This document shows positions 1 through 13,005 of a DNA stretch of 64,000 nucleotides, piece after piece. The DNA comes from Octopus vulgaris. Lineage: Eukaryota. The stretch is from assembly GCA_951406725.2 (NCBI GenBank), contig OX597817.1, positions 56,668,001-56,732,000 on the forward strand. Reading direction: 5' to 3'. The notes beneath the pieces were generated by a model. It made no database searches, had not been told where the DNA came from, and was given only the letters and a program-made list of their open reading frames with translations. Every line of letters begins with the position of its first letter. Position 1 is the stretch's first letter. The position numbers and the translations under genes are program-made.

Positions 1-106
1 TCCCCTATCCTCTTTACTATGGGAATGAATGTTCCTATAACCAACTTTACTGAGAAAGAGATCTTTTTATGTCGCAATACTATACAGTGGCTGTGTGAGC
101 AACGAA

Positions 107-119
107 ATCCTCGTCGCCA
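107..119 (-). promoter_or_regulatory. Primer-binding site complementary to the tRNA-Ser(GCU) 3' end
   Basis: Minus strand TGGCGACGAGGAT is the complement of ...AUCCUCGUCGCCA, adjacent to the LTR end. Confidence 0.7.
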
Positions 120-120
120 C

Positions 121-317
121 TGTTATGTCGCACGTTCGGATGCCTCTACTCAACTCTACTCTTTTGCTCTCAACTACTCACTGCTCTAGTCTACTCTCGA
201 CTCTACCCTGACGTCTAGGCTTCTCCCTCTATATGTACGTATTGGGCTAGCCTACTTCGTCGTCTGGGGCGTCTGGGGCGTCTAAGGATCAATATTGGAA
301 TCGGACGTTCAGCAACA
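121..317 (-). mobile_element. Short 5' LTR (~197 bp) of a Gypsy-like (Mag-type) or TRIM LTR retroelement; internal region runs off the left edge
   Basis: Minus strand begins TGTT (317) and ends AACA (121), with imperfect terminal inverted repeats; followed after 1 nt by a primer-binding site. Confidence 0.7.
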
Positions 318-859
318 TATAGCAAGAAGTTTCGTGGATGATCACACTGTGATGACCAGCTTGAGTGAAGGCAAGATGGCTGCTAACAGCATAAATTTAT
401 ATGGCAACGGGAGTCAAGAAGATGTTCAAACCGAGGAAATCTAGGAATATGATAATCAGGAAAAGCAAATTAACATACAGACATAAGACAATAATTACAA
501 AGTCGAAAGGTGTAAGAGAGACATCAACAAATACTTGCGAAAGTGATTGAAAACTCACACAGGTTTCATGTTTAGTATACCTAAGATATAAGGTCAAAGC
601 CGCTCCAATTTGTTTTCATTATCTGTGATCGAAGAATTTGAAGCGGCAAAACCCAGGGTTGTAAGGATAATCAGAAAATCTATAAAGAAGTCAAAAACAC
701 AGGTGTCGCAGGAACAATCAGTGTGCCAGGTGGGTCACAGACGCCTCAGTTGCACTGTATGAAGACGATCACTTCTGGTGCGGAATGCAGTCATCGGAGA
801 TGAATAAAGAATTCCCTTTAAATCCAATTAATCTCTCTCTCACTCAATTTCATAAACGT

Positions 860-976
860 ATATATGTGCGTGTGTGTGTGTGTATGCATATATACATATA
901 TATATATATGGATGTACGCATGTACGTATACATATAAGCATATTTATGCTTGCATAAACACACACGCACACACACG

Positions 977-1014
<38 letters not shown>

Positions 1015-1017
1015 CAC

Positions 1018-1113
<96 letters not shown>

Positions 1114-1366
1114 CATACTTACATATCTACATATATGTATTCATGATTTCACTTCAGTTCTAATAGATACATATATATGTTTACACACATATACCTGAAA
1201 ATGTGTGTGTTTAAGTGTGTGTGTGTGCGTGTTTGCGTGTGTGTGTGCGTGTGTACATATGTATATATAAATATATATATATACACATGCATACAGATAT
1301 AGATATACAGTGAGAGAAAGAGAGACTGCATGTGCGTACGTATGTGAGAGAGAGAGAGAGAGAGAG

Positions 1367-1434
<68 letters not shown>

Positions 1435-1440
1435 CGTGTG
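860..1440. repeat. Compound (CA/TA/GA/TG)n microsatellites
   Basis: Directly visible dinucleotide tracts. Confidence 0.95.
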
Positions 1441-1500
1441 ATGAACTTCCCCAAAGTTTGCCTTTAGCGTAGAGAGTATATAGTCAAGGCTAACCCATTT

Positions 1501-1724
1501 GATGTTCTGAGGCCAAAATATATTTTAATCAACTGAAATCATTACCTTAATGACGAGAAAATTCATTAACGTTACAGAAAATTAATATCAAACGGGGCCA
1601 TTTGGGGGTGGGAGTTCGTTTCTTTTCCCCTTTTAACATTAATTTTCATTAAAGTTAATGAACGGTTCTTCTCATTATGGTTATAATTTCAATTGATTAA
1701 AAATTAATTTCACCTCATCACATC
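1501..1724. mobile_element. Degenerate foldback/MITE-like inverted repeat (~100-bp arms)
   Basis: gatgttctgaggccaaaatatattttaatcaactgaaat... is mirrored by ...atttcaattgattaaaaattaatttcacctcatcacatc. Confidence 0.6.
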
Positions 1725-1744
1725 CAGTAATGTTTCACTGCTCT

Positions 1745-2186
<442 letters not shown>

Positions 2187-2795
2187 GCTAGTCATCTTTA
2201 CTGATCTCTCATCCACTCTCTCAGTGATGGTAGTTTCTTCCCACAAATTTTTGTTCCCTCTTTTTATAATTACATTCTTCTTGTTCTCATTGGTCATGAC
2301 CTTTGATGCCACGTTACATTTTTTTTTTTTCAAAACAAAATCTTTTACAAGACTTTCAGAAAATTTGTCCAGTTATGGATTCCGCCAAAGTAAAATAGCA
2401 ACTCAGTGCCACCACAAAATGATGGACCACAGTTGAATATAAAAGAGAAAATCCTAACAGGTCACTGCCAACCGTATTTTGGTTTAAATGCCGGAGCTCT
2501 AAAGTTTCCCTGTACACAATTTAAGAAATAGTTTTGTGTAACGACGTGGACTTGGAAATTATGGTTCTCTGAAACATTTGAAAATCTGAAAACGTAAACA
2601 AAATTAAATCTAAAACATCGAAACATAAAAAGAATCAAATCTTGTTTTCTTCATCCCACTGATTCCAAATGAAACGTATCTTTATGTTAGAAAATTACTA
2701 TTTGTAAATCTCACAACGAGAGATATTCAGCTGCAGTACTTTGGAGTAAAGATTATTAGCCAACATAATACGGCAGTCCTGGTTTAGGACGAATC

Positions 2796-2998
2796 TTGCT
2801 GTAATTTAGCTCCAAGAGACATCGTCTCTAGCTGGCTATACGACACGATCTGTTTCCTTATATTTTCGACCAAGGGAATCTAGCACCCCCACTTGAGCTG
2901 AGTGGGGGTGCTAGATTCCCTTGTTCGAAAATACAAGGACACAGATCGTGTCGTATAGCCAACTGGAGACGATGTCTCCAGGGGCTAAATTACAGCAA
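2796..2998. mobile_element. Near-perfect 203-bp palindrome (foldback MITE)
   Basis: ttgctgtaatttagc...ctagcacccccact, 7-nt loop (2894-2900), agtgggggtgctag...gctaaattacagcaa. Confidence 0.8.
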
Positions 2999-3034
2999 TA
3001 TCTTTGTGTTACATAAAATATTGTTGAAAATAAT

Positions 3035-3210
3035 TCTTTCTAATTTTGGCCTCAGTCCTTTAATTTTGAGGGGATGGGAAGTCAATCAGATCGACTCTAG
3101 TGCTCAACTGGAAAGGATGAAAGGCAAAGTCGATATCGGGGGAATTTAAACTTAGAAATGCCCCCCAACATTTTGTCCAATACGCTTACGATTCTGCGCT
3201 CGCCACTTAA
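3035..3210 (-). mobile_element. Old degenerate SINE family A copy
   Basis: Motifs gaaaggatgaaaggcaaagtcga and gctcgccacttaa match the reverse complement of family A. Confidence 0.7.
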
Positions 3211-3225
3211 TTACGTCACCTAAAT

Positions 3226-3707
3226 TAAATGACCATGTAGAGAAATAAAACAGGACATGGTCTTAATTGAGAAAAACAGCAAACGATGCTGGATCATAGA
3301 TATAGCATGCCCAGTTGACAACAAGGTATGCGATAAGGAAGAAAGAAAAGTTGATAGATATGACAAGTTAGCTTGGGAGGTTAAGCAGTGCGTGGTCAAT
3401 GAAAAAGGTGATAGTAGTACCAATAATTGTCGGAACCCTGGGAACAGTGAGTAAAACTCTTGAGAAGTACATAGAAAAAATACGGGCTGCAATATGGGTA
3501 GAGTACTTACAGAAAACAGCACTGCTTGGAACCGCTCGAATACTCCGGAAGGTGTTAGAACTAAGGTGTTACCTTAGTGAAGTAAGGTGTTACCTTAGTT
3601 CACTGTAGTGAACAGCTGACACTGTACTACTTCTGCAGTGTTAGAAGCTGTGCAAAGACAATGCTAATAATAATAATGATAATAGTAATAACAATAATAA
3701 TAATAAT
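3226..3707 (+). mobile_element. 3' fragment of an R4/Dong-clade non-LTR retrotransposon (restriction-like endonuclease domain, frameshifted) with (TAA)n tail
   Basis: Translation DMVLIEKNSKRCWIIDIACPVD...EERKVDRYDKL, then after a frameshift VVPIIVGTLG...LQKTALLGTARILRKVL; followed by (TAA)n at 3665-3707. Confidence 0.85.
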
Positions 3708-3765
3708 ACATACATACATACATACATACATACATACATACATACATACATACATAGTACCTCTA

Positions 3766-4288
3766 TGTAGTACCAGGCGGTGGCTCTCATGGCCTCTGAT
3801 CTTAACTGATTGGAAGTGTAAAAGATGGGCTACAACAAATATTCTGCTCAATACCACAGAGTTGCTTGTCAGTTGTTTGACCTTAACCAGTTGACCATGT
3901 CCCTTAGTGGCTGACAATATGTGCATCTCTGACCACAAGCAGAAGTAGTGGGAGAGCATCATAGCCATGTGTTGAGAGGGATTCTTTGGGGTTTAGATAA
4001 GTCACCATTGGGAAACAGGGGTGATTCGTTCAACATCCTTAAATAACCCTTATTGAGGGACCTTTTGAACGGGATGGGCTACTCGACCAGAAGAAAATTC
4101 TAACTGGGCCCCACCTGCATGGGCTGTTTGTCTTGATATGAGATCACGATGTCGCGCACATATAGTTGTGATGCATGTACCTGGTGTACCCTTATCAGAC
4201 GGATAGTCATGATGGGTATACTGGGCTTCGTATATTTTACCCCAGTGTCACTTTGATGGTATGCACAGCTCTCTCACTCATTAATAAT
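3766..4288 (+). mobile_element. ~520-bp non-coding interspersed element, copy 1
   Basis: Colinear with the reverse complement of 25489-26034 over its whole length; ends ...ctctctcactca followed by an AAT/GAT-rich tail. Confidence 0.8.
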
Positions 4289-4550
4289 GATGATGATGAG
4301 GATGATGACAAAGGCAACAACAACAACAACGACAATCATTTATTGCTTTATCATGTAGACACAATTAATCAACCATCTGCATATGTCTATCAAATATATC
4401 ATTAATTTCTAATACAACTCTTAATGGTTAACTTATAAGCTCATTAAGAATGTATATTATTCAGATTAGATTAAAACTATTTAGATATATCTACAGATCA
4501 TTAAGGTATGTCATTTAATGTAATAAAACAGTGTATTAATAAGCAAATAC

Positions 4551-4745
4551 AAGCGGCCAGCTGATACAATTCTCAGAAGCCGGACAAACTATTTGACGGC
4601 ATTTCTTCCGGCTCTTTATGTTGTGAGTTTCACTACTGCCCAGATTAACTTTACCTTCTCGCCCTTCGAGATCGATGAAATAATGTTTCTGTTGAGCACT
4701 GAGGTCCCCAGAAAATTGCTGGCCATGTTCCGAAATTAGAAACAA
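4551..4745 (+). mobile_element. Highly diverged SINE family A copy
   Basis: Colinear degenerate match to the family A head, body and tail. Confidence 0.55.
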
Positions 4746-4802
4746 TATTCATAGGCAAATACTTAGTCCGTAACATATGTATAAATACACACACATACAC
4801 AC

Positions 4803-4847
<45 letters not shown>

Positions 4848-5030
4848 CAAGAATATTTATTGACAGGGACTTCGAAGTTTCGGTTACCTGAGCAAAGAGT
4901 AATCCTTTTACGTAAAAGAACACTTGATTTTATTATAACTGAACATAAAAAGAAACATTAATACACATATATGCATATACAAACATATACATATATATGC
5001 ATAAGTGTATCTATGTATATACATATACAT

Positions 5031-5080
<50 letters not shown>

Positions 5081-5770
5081 ACATACATACACACATACAT
5101 ACATACATACATACATACATACATACATACATACATACACATACATACATACATACATACATACATACATACATACACACATACATACATACATACATAT
5201 ACATACATACATACATACATACATACATACATAAACAATAAATTAGAGATTCCATTCACAATACAATAATTTATTTATATTATAATATAACATAATATAC
5301 CATGAATATAATATAATATAAGATACCATAAAAATCATTAAAAAACCAAAAGAGTCAACAATTTGTTACGATTTATATACATAATTCGATTTATAAACAA
5401 TTCAATCCACTCATCAGTGCTATGGTTTAAAAATAGACGAAATTCCGTGCGAAAGGACGACTGGATAGTAAAAAAATTAATTCAAATGTCTATGTATTAT
5501 GAGAGTGAGCGTTAACTTTTCAACTACATAACGATTACAAATATAAAGAAAATTATAATGGATAAAATAATTAAGTAAATAGGATCTATAACTATCGAAA
5601 TATATTTCCATATACCTCAAATGATATTAATCCAAACTTGTTTGGCTATTATAATAACATACAACAACGACAATATATAGGTATATAAATTAATTATCGA
5701 GCTCTTACTTAATCTAGAGACTGTAATAAAACATGTAAATAAATATAAATGATAATATTCTATTATATTA

Positions 5771-6062
5771 AGGCGGCGAGCTGGCAGAAATGTTAGCATA
5801 CCGAGCGAAATGCTTAGCGGTATTTCGTCTGCCGTTACGTTGTGAGTTCAAATTCCGCCAAGGTCGACTTTACCTTTCATCCTTTCGGGGTCGATAAATT
5901 AAGTACCAGTTACGCACTGGGGTCGATGTAATCGACTTAATACCTATGTCTGTCCTTGTTTGTCCCTTCTATGTTTAGCCCCTTGTGGGTAATAAAGAAA
6001 TAGGTATTTCGTCTGCCGTTACGTTCTGATTTCAAATTGTGCCTAGAGTAGTAGAAAAAGAA
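5771..6062 (+). mobile_element. tRNA-derived SINE family A (OK/Nin-domain-like) with a partial second unit
   Basis: aggcggcgagctggcagaa (A box), gagttcaaattcc (B box), tttcatcctttcggggtcgataaa central domain, tail ...gtgggtaataaagaaata. Confidence 0.9.
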
Positions 6063-6479
6063 TATACTGTTATATTGGTAATATATAACAATTCTTCTCT
6101 TTTATTTAAAACTATTGATAAAAAAAATTGTCTAAAGTAACTAACAAAAAAAAATGTTACAGTTCTATATTTAAGAGATGAGGAATTTTGTACATTATTT
6201 ACATTTGACGGATATTTGTCCTCATCTTCATGTACATATGTAAGCATTTGTATAAATAAATAAGCTAGAATTAGAAATCGAGAACGTACTTTCAAGCGAA
6301 AAGGCCGTTCTAAGTGGAACATATGGCCATATGTCACGAATAATTTAATTGAATTATAGATCTATATATAAACAAGCTTTAAAGGTGTAAAGATTGTGGA
6401 CATATTGGATTGGTGTGTATTAAAGGTTTTTGCTGTAGATAAAAGAATTGAATAAATAGATAATATGAAAGAAACGTCG

Positions 6480-7318
6480 GAGAAGAAGAAGGAGGAGGAG
6501 GAGGAGAAGAAGAAGGAGGAGGAGGAGAAGAAGAAGGGGAAGAAGAAGAAGGGGAAGAAGAAGAAGAAGTATAACAACAACAACAGCAAGAACAACTGCG
6601 ACGAGAACGAGAAGGTATCGGCAACGACGACGGCGATGACGTCGATGATGGTGGTGGTGGTGGTGGTGGTGGTGATAGTGTTGGGGCTGTTGTTGTCGTT
6701 ATTGGTGGTGGTGGTGGTGGTAATGGTGGTAGTGTTTGTTGTCGTTGTTGTTGTTGGTGGTGGTGATGGTGGTGGCAGTGGTGGTGGCAGTGGTGGTGGC
6801 AGTGGTGGTGGTGGTGGTGGTGGTGGTGGTGGTGGTGGTGTTGATGAAGAGCTTAAAGCTTAAAGTCACGACTTAAACAGATTAAAGCTGATCCACTCAA
6901 CGGCTGAGCCGTCGTCTCAGCAATTATTGACTCAGCGTTTCAGCGGGGGAAAAGTGTGAAGTAATTTTATAAAAGGGAACACTTGATTAGCTGTGTGTGA
7001 GAAACTCTGTTCATGGTCGATGGTTAAGTACTGGCGATGGTAGTGAGTGGTGGTGGTGGTATGGTGTGGTGTGGAGTTTAATATGGCTTTGGTACTGTTG
7101 GTAATTGATGTAGTGGTCGTAGAGGTGGTGGTGGTGGTGGTGCTTCTACTGCTTGTGCTGGCTTTGGTAGTGACGGCGGTGGTGATGGCGGCGGTGGTGA
7201 TGGCGGTGGTGGTGGTGGTGGTGGTGGTGGTGGTGGTGGTGGTGTCTGTGATGGTGGCGATACTTGAGGTTGTGGTTGTAGTCATGGTGATGGTGTTTGT
7301 GTTGTTCTGTGGTTGTTG

Positions 7319-7350
<32 letters not shown>

Positions 7351-7560
7351 AGTGGTGGGGGTAGTGGTGGTAGTGATGGTGGTGGTGGTAGTGGTGGTGG
7401 TGGTGGTGATGATCGTCGTTGTCGTCGTTGTCGTCGTCGTAGTGATCGTTGTGGCGGCGGCGGTGATGGTATGATGGCAGTGGTAGCAGTTATGGTGTTC
7501 GAAATGGTGGATGGTGGTGGAGGTTGAGGGATGGGGCCGGGTCGTCGTCGTCGTAGTCGC
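6480..7560. repeat. (GAA/GAG)n, (AAC)n, (GGT)n and (GTT)n low-complexity trinucleotide tracts
   Basis: Visible; interrupted by a unique island at 6845-7030. Confidence 0.9.
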
Positions 7561-7952
7561 CGTGGCTCTGAAGCCGGTGCAAACAAACTGACTATTGAAT
7601 TTGAAAAGGTTGGCGTTCAATGCTTAGATGGATTGATGGATGTTTGGACTGACGGGTGGCAAGGGACGGACGGGTGGATGATATTGGAAGAGTGGATGGC
7701 TGATTTGGACGAGCGGATGGATAGACGGGTGGACAGATGGGCGGGTTGATGGATAGATGACTTCATGGGATGATAGATGGGTGGATACAGAGATGATTGG
7801 AAGGGTGGACGGATGAATGAATGAATAAGTGGTTGGGTGGGTGGGGAGAGAAGAGATTGGGATGGGGGCGGGGTAGGGGGTGGAGTAGGATGTGGGTTCA
7901 AGAAAGACGTAATAAAGGTAGATAATGAAGAATTTCAGGGGAAAAGGATATA

Positions 7953-8172
7953 GGCGCATGCGTGGGTGAGTGGTGAGGAGTTTGTCTTCCAACCACATGG
8001 TTCTGGGTTCAGTCCCAATGCGTGACACCTCGGATCTACCAAAGCCTTGTGAATGGATTTGGTAGATGGAAACTGAAAAGAAATCCGTTGTATGTGTGTT
8101 TGTGTGAGTCCGTTTGTGTGTGTGTGTGTGTATGTGTTTGTGTATGTGTTTGTGTGTGTGTGTGTTTGTGTA

Positions 8173-8203
<31 letters not shown>

Positions 8204-8212
8204 TTGTCTGTG

Positions 8213-8271
<59 letters not shown>

Positions 8272-8476
8272 GACCTCTACCACCGCTTGAAAACCGGCGT
8301 TGGCATGCCTACGTCCCCGTAACTTTGTGGTTCGGCAAAAGGAACCGCTGGAAGAAGTAACAGGCTTTTAAAAAGAAATTATGTATTGGCTTCGTCGATT
8401 TGTTCGACTAAAATTCTTCGACGTGGTGCTCCAGCATGGCCGCAGACTAAAAACTGAATCAAATAACAGATAAAAG
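7953..8476 (+). mobile_element. tRNA-derived SINE family B (CORE-like) with internal (TG)n
   Basis: ggcgca...gggttcagtccca head, gatttggtagatggaaactgaaa, internal microsatellite, 3' module ...gtgctccagcatggccgcag. Confidence 0.85.
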
Positions 8477-8844
8477 ATGTGAAGTAAATTTTCTAAAACT
8501 GAATAATGAAAGAGTCTGAGAGAGGAATAGAACAGGAAAGGGAATTTGGAAGGAAATACAAATAAAACAGAAGTGGGGGGGGACGAAGAAAGAATAAAAG
8601 AGAAGAAAAAAAAGAAGATATGTGAAAGAAAAAGGAAAGAATTCAGAAACGGAAGAAATTGACTGAAAGTAAGATAGGAATATGTAACGGAAGACCGGGT
8701 GAAGAATGGAAGACTGGAAGGAAGCTAGGAAGAAGAATTTTGCGGGGAGAGAGAAGAATGATAATAGGAGGGGGGAATACCGAGGAAGGAGTGTGAGAAA
8801 AAAAGAAGGTAAATATAGATAGAAGATAACAGAAATATTTTTTT

Positions 8845-9483
8845 CTTTTATTGCTCACAGGGAGCATAGAGGGGGCAAACAAGGACAGGCAAAGGGATTA
8901 AGTCGATTACATCGATCCCAGTGTGTAATTGGTACTTATTTAATCGACCCCCGAAAGGATGAAAGGCAAAGTCGACCTCGGCGAAATTTGAACTCGGAAC
9001 GCAACGGCAGTCAAAATACGGCTAAGCATTTCGTCCGGCGTGCTAACATTTCTGCCAGCTCGGCACCTTTAGAAGAGACAATATTCTTTTCTACTCTATG
9101 TACAAGGCCCGAAACTTTTGGGGAGGGGCCAGTCGATTAAATCGACCGCAGTACGCAACTGGTACTTAATTTATCGACCCCGAAACGATGAAAGGCAAAC
9201 TCGACCTCGGAGGAATTTGAACTCGGAACGCAACGGCAGTCGAAATAACTATTTCTTTACTACCCACAAGGGGCTAAACACAGAGAGGACAAACAAGGAC
9301 AGACAAACGGATTAAGTCGATTACATCGACCCCAGTATGTAAGTGGTACTTATTTAATCGACCAAGAAAGGATGAAAGGCAAAGTCGCCCTCGGCGGAAT
9401 TTGAACTCAGAACGTAGCGGCAGACGAAATACCGGTAAGCTTTTCGCCCGGCGTGCTAATGTCTCTGCCAACTCGCCGCTTTA
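8845..9483 (-). mobile_element. Cluster of SINE family A copies (one monomer, one dimer)
   Basis: Three occurrences of the central domain; heads end near 9069 and 9482. Confidence 0.9.
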
Positions 9484-10754
9484 GGTATAAGAAATATTGA
9501 AAGAATACAGAGAATAGAATGTCGCACAGAAAGATTAGACAGAAAGACAGAGAGAGAGAGAGGGGGGAATGAGCAAGTGGGTGAGTGATAGTAAGGATTA
9601 GTATAGGGAGAAATAAAGATACATATATACATAATAGTAGGAAAAATGAAAAGAATTGAAAGAGAGGGTGAAGGAGATAAGAAGAGACGTTAGATTAATT
9701 GTAAGAAAGAGAAACATGGTTCAACCCTCCCTACAACATTCACGTAATCACATTAGCAAGGAATTTCCTGGCTTTGTTAAATGAACAATCATTCATAAAT
9801 ATTGGAATCTCTTTAACAGGACATGGTTGGGGGCTGGTTACATTTGCCTGGGTAGCATTACTTCCCAAATCTCCATAAACTATTCCCCCTTTTGTTATGT
9901 TTTCCACAGCAATAAGAAAACTTTCCAGTTTTATATAACTGGTAACAATCCCCACCGCTGCCAGTTGCGGTACACGCTGTCCAAGATAGAAGCAAAAGTG
10001 TAACATATTTGAATGACTTTCATGAGGCGGATGATCCATTCACTTCTTTATACCCCCTCCCATCTGCTGCAAGCTTTTCACAAATATTCCCAGCGTGCAT
10101 CTTTAATGCCATTCTAATCCACTGCCAACAATGCAACGACTGCGCCCATGATTGTCTAAGTAAGAACCCTGCTTTGTAACTACGTGATATCATGTTCGAT
10201 TCTGCTAGACAGCTTCTTGGACATGTGCGTCGGATACAGAAACAAGTCTTGGGTAACTGATTTTTATTATTGCCTCGGACTGACCCAAGATTTGATAGGC
10301 AAATTACAGGGAAAGTAACTGTCTGACTGAATATACTCGTAATTTAAATCTGCAGCGTTGATTATTTTAGTCATTAGATTAAAGCGGCACGTGCCTGTAA
10401 AATGTTCAGCCGCTATTAGTTCAATTCAAGGAGCAGGCAGTGCTGTTGTTTACACAAATAAAAACTCTCCGTCGAAAGCGACAGGGAGTCATTTATCCAC
10501 AAGCGCGCGCACACATATATTTGTATGGATACACATACATTCGCGCACATACTAACGTACATTGGAGTTGCAAACGAGAAAGAAAGTACTCAATGCTGGT
10601 GCAAAAGTATATTCGTTTTACTTTTATCATCCGGTAACATAGCTCAAAACTATCCACCACATGCAACAGAGTTCGGTACCATTACCAATTTAATCGCCGA
10701 TTCCTAAATGATACAAGAGTTTGTATTCATTACATAATATTAGAGATGGTCATC

Positions 10755-10972
10755 AGGTGGCGAGCTGGTAGAATCGTTAGCGCGCCGGGCAAAATGCTTA
10801 GCAGTATATCTTCTGTTTTAACGTTCTGAGTTCAAATGCTAACGGGGTCAACTTTTGCCATTCTTCCTTTCGGGGTCGATAAATGAAGTACCAGTTGAAC
10901 TCTGAAATCGATGTAGTACATTATCTCCAATCCCCCAAATTTCAGGCCTTGTGCCTATTGTGGAAAGGAATA
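10755..10972 (+). mobile_element. SINE family A, tail type 2
   Basis: ggtggcgagctggtagaatcgttagc...ccccaaatttcaggccttgtgcct. Confidence 0.85.
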
Positions 10973-11127
10973 TTTGTGGTGGTCATGGGAAGTGATAAAC
11001 CATGAATGGTGAAGAAATGTAGAAAAGCAATGACTTGAGAAAAAGCTAAAGAAAAAGAAGGAAAATGAAAGAGAAAGCTTATTGCAGGGTAAAGTTGAAG
11101 AAATCTGAACCAGGCTTCTTTTATTCA

Positions 11128-11731
11128 TTTACTTGTTTCAGTCATTAGACTGCAGCCACGCTGGGGCACCGCCTTGAAGAATTTTAGTTAACTGAATCGA
11201 CCCTAATATATATTTTCTTTTTAAGCCAGGTACTTATTCTGTCAGTCTCCTTTGCTGAAGCGCTAAGTTAAGGGGACGTAAAGCACCGGCACCGGTTGCC
11301 AAGCGGTGTGGGTGGGGGACACACACAGACAGAAAGACAAACACACATATACATACATATGAATGTATATTACTCTTTATATATATATACGTACATATAT
11401 GTTTGTATGTATGCATATATTTTTATTTATTATATTATATATATATATATATATACGGTGCCCCGGCATGGCCACAACTCATGAGCTGAAACTAGAATCA
11501 ATCATATATACACACACGCACACACACACACACACACACTCATATATGTATGGATGGATGAATGTATACATGATGGGCGTATTTCAGTCTCCATGTACCA
11601 AATCCGATCACAAGATTTTGGTAGACCCGAGGTTATAGGAGACACTTGCCCAAGGTACCAGACAGTAGGACTGATCCCGGAACCATGTGGTTGAGTCAAA
11701 CTTCTTCTAGCCACACAGCCATGTCTGCGCC
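11128..11731 (-). mobile_element. SINE family B
   Basis: Reverse complement of the family B head (gacacttgcccaagg) and 3' module. Confidence 0.85.
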
Positions 11732-12309
11732 TATAAGAAGAAATTTCAAATGTACGTGTATATGGGTGGCTCTAGTCCGGTAAAGTTGGTGTTACTCAAT
11801 TCCGTAACAGAGACTTTCTAAAGTGTCTGCTTTTCACAAACAACTCTGATGTGGTGCTTAAGTAGTTTACACCTGTAAAGCAAATAATCAACCTTCGTCA
11901 CGTTGAATGCCTCAACCACTTGGACTGGGGTTTCATGACAAAGTTGTTTAGTTCATCAAGTAAGTGGAATATTCATTGCTAAAAGAGAGGGAGGCTCCAT
12001 CATCAGGTTGCTTAGTGGTAGAGTACCAAGATAGATGAGTGGGTATATGAATTCAGTAGAATCACAAGAAACTGACAACAAAAACTAAAAAAGGAACGAA
12101 ATAACGCAAAATATCATAATTAGGTGGTGATGTCGAGAAGTGGTGGAGGTGAGATGTGTGTTTGGGGTTAAGACTTTGTTCAAGGAAAAATATTTAGGGG
12201 TTTCAATAGGGGTGGGGAATGAAGAAGGGTCTGGCGCAAACTTTATTCGTAATAATTGTTTATTGAAATGCTTGATCTTTTGTTATTACCGAGGGATTAT
12301 TATTTGTCA

Positions 12310-12311
12310 TC

Positions 12312-12357
<46 letters not shown>

Positions 12358-12843
12358 TGTGTGTGTGTGTGTGTGCGTGTGTGTGTGTGTGTGTAAGTGC
12401 GCGTGCGGTTGTTTGGAGATGGTTTTCTCTTGACGACTGTCTGGTTTAACAAGAGAGTAGAGAAAAGGACTTGATGAATAAAAGGTAAAATAATAGAAAA
12501 TATGAAAGGGTGAAAGGGACGAAACAAACGAAATAAATAAAAAAAAAGTAAAGAAAAAGTAAGAGATGAAGAAATAGAGAAAAGAAAGGAAGGAAAGAGG
12601 CAAGGAATGTAAGAGGAAGAAAGAGTGGAAAAGAGGAAGAGAAGAAGAAAATATAATTGAAACAATAAAATTATATATAAAATGTGAAGTAAGAGAGGGG
12701 AAACGGAACGGAACGGGTGTGAAAGGATAAAGGAGAGAAAGAGAGAGAAAGAGATTAAGAACAAAATAAATTAATATGAATAGACGGGCAGACACACAGG
12801 CATGCAGACAAAGCAGATAGATAGATAGACAGAGAGACAAATT

Positions 12844-12913
<70 letters not shown>

Positions 12914-12958
12914 CACACAGGCAGGCAGTCAGACAGGCAGGCTGGCAGAATGACAGAC

Positions 12959-13005
<47 letters not shown>

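Noticed and set aside
5370-5425. Minus-strand CTGATGA with a possible stem II
   Set aside because: GAAA is absent and stems I and III cannot be formed.
5771-5860. tRNA-like sequence with A and B boxes
   Set aside because: It is a SINE head followed by the SINE body; no convincing cloverleaf, so not called a tRNA gene.
9740-10039. 99-aa non-repetitive minus-strand ORF
   Set aside because: No recognisable motif or splice support and neighbouring frames have stops; probably a decayed unclassified element.
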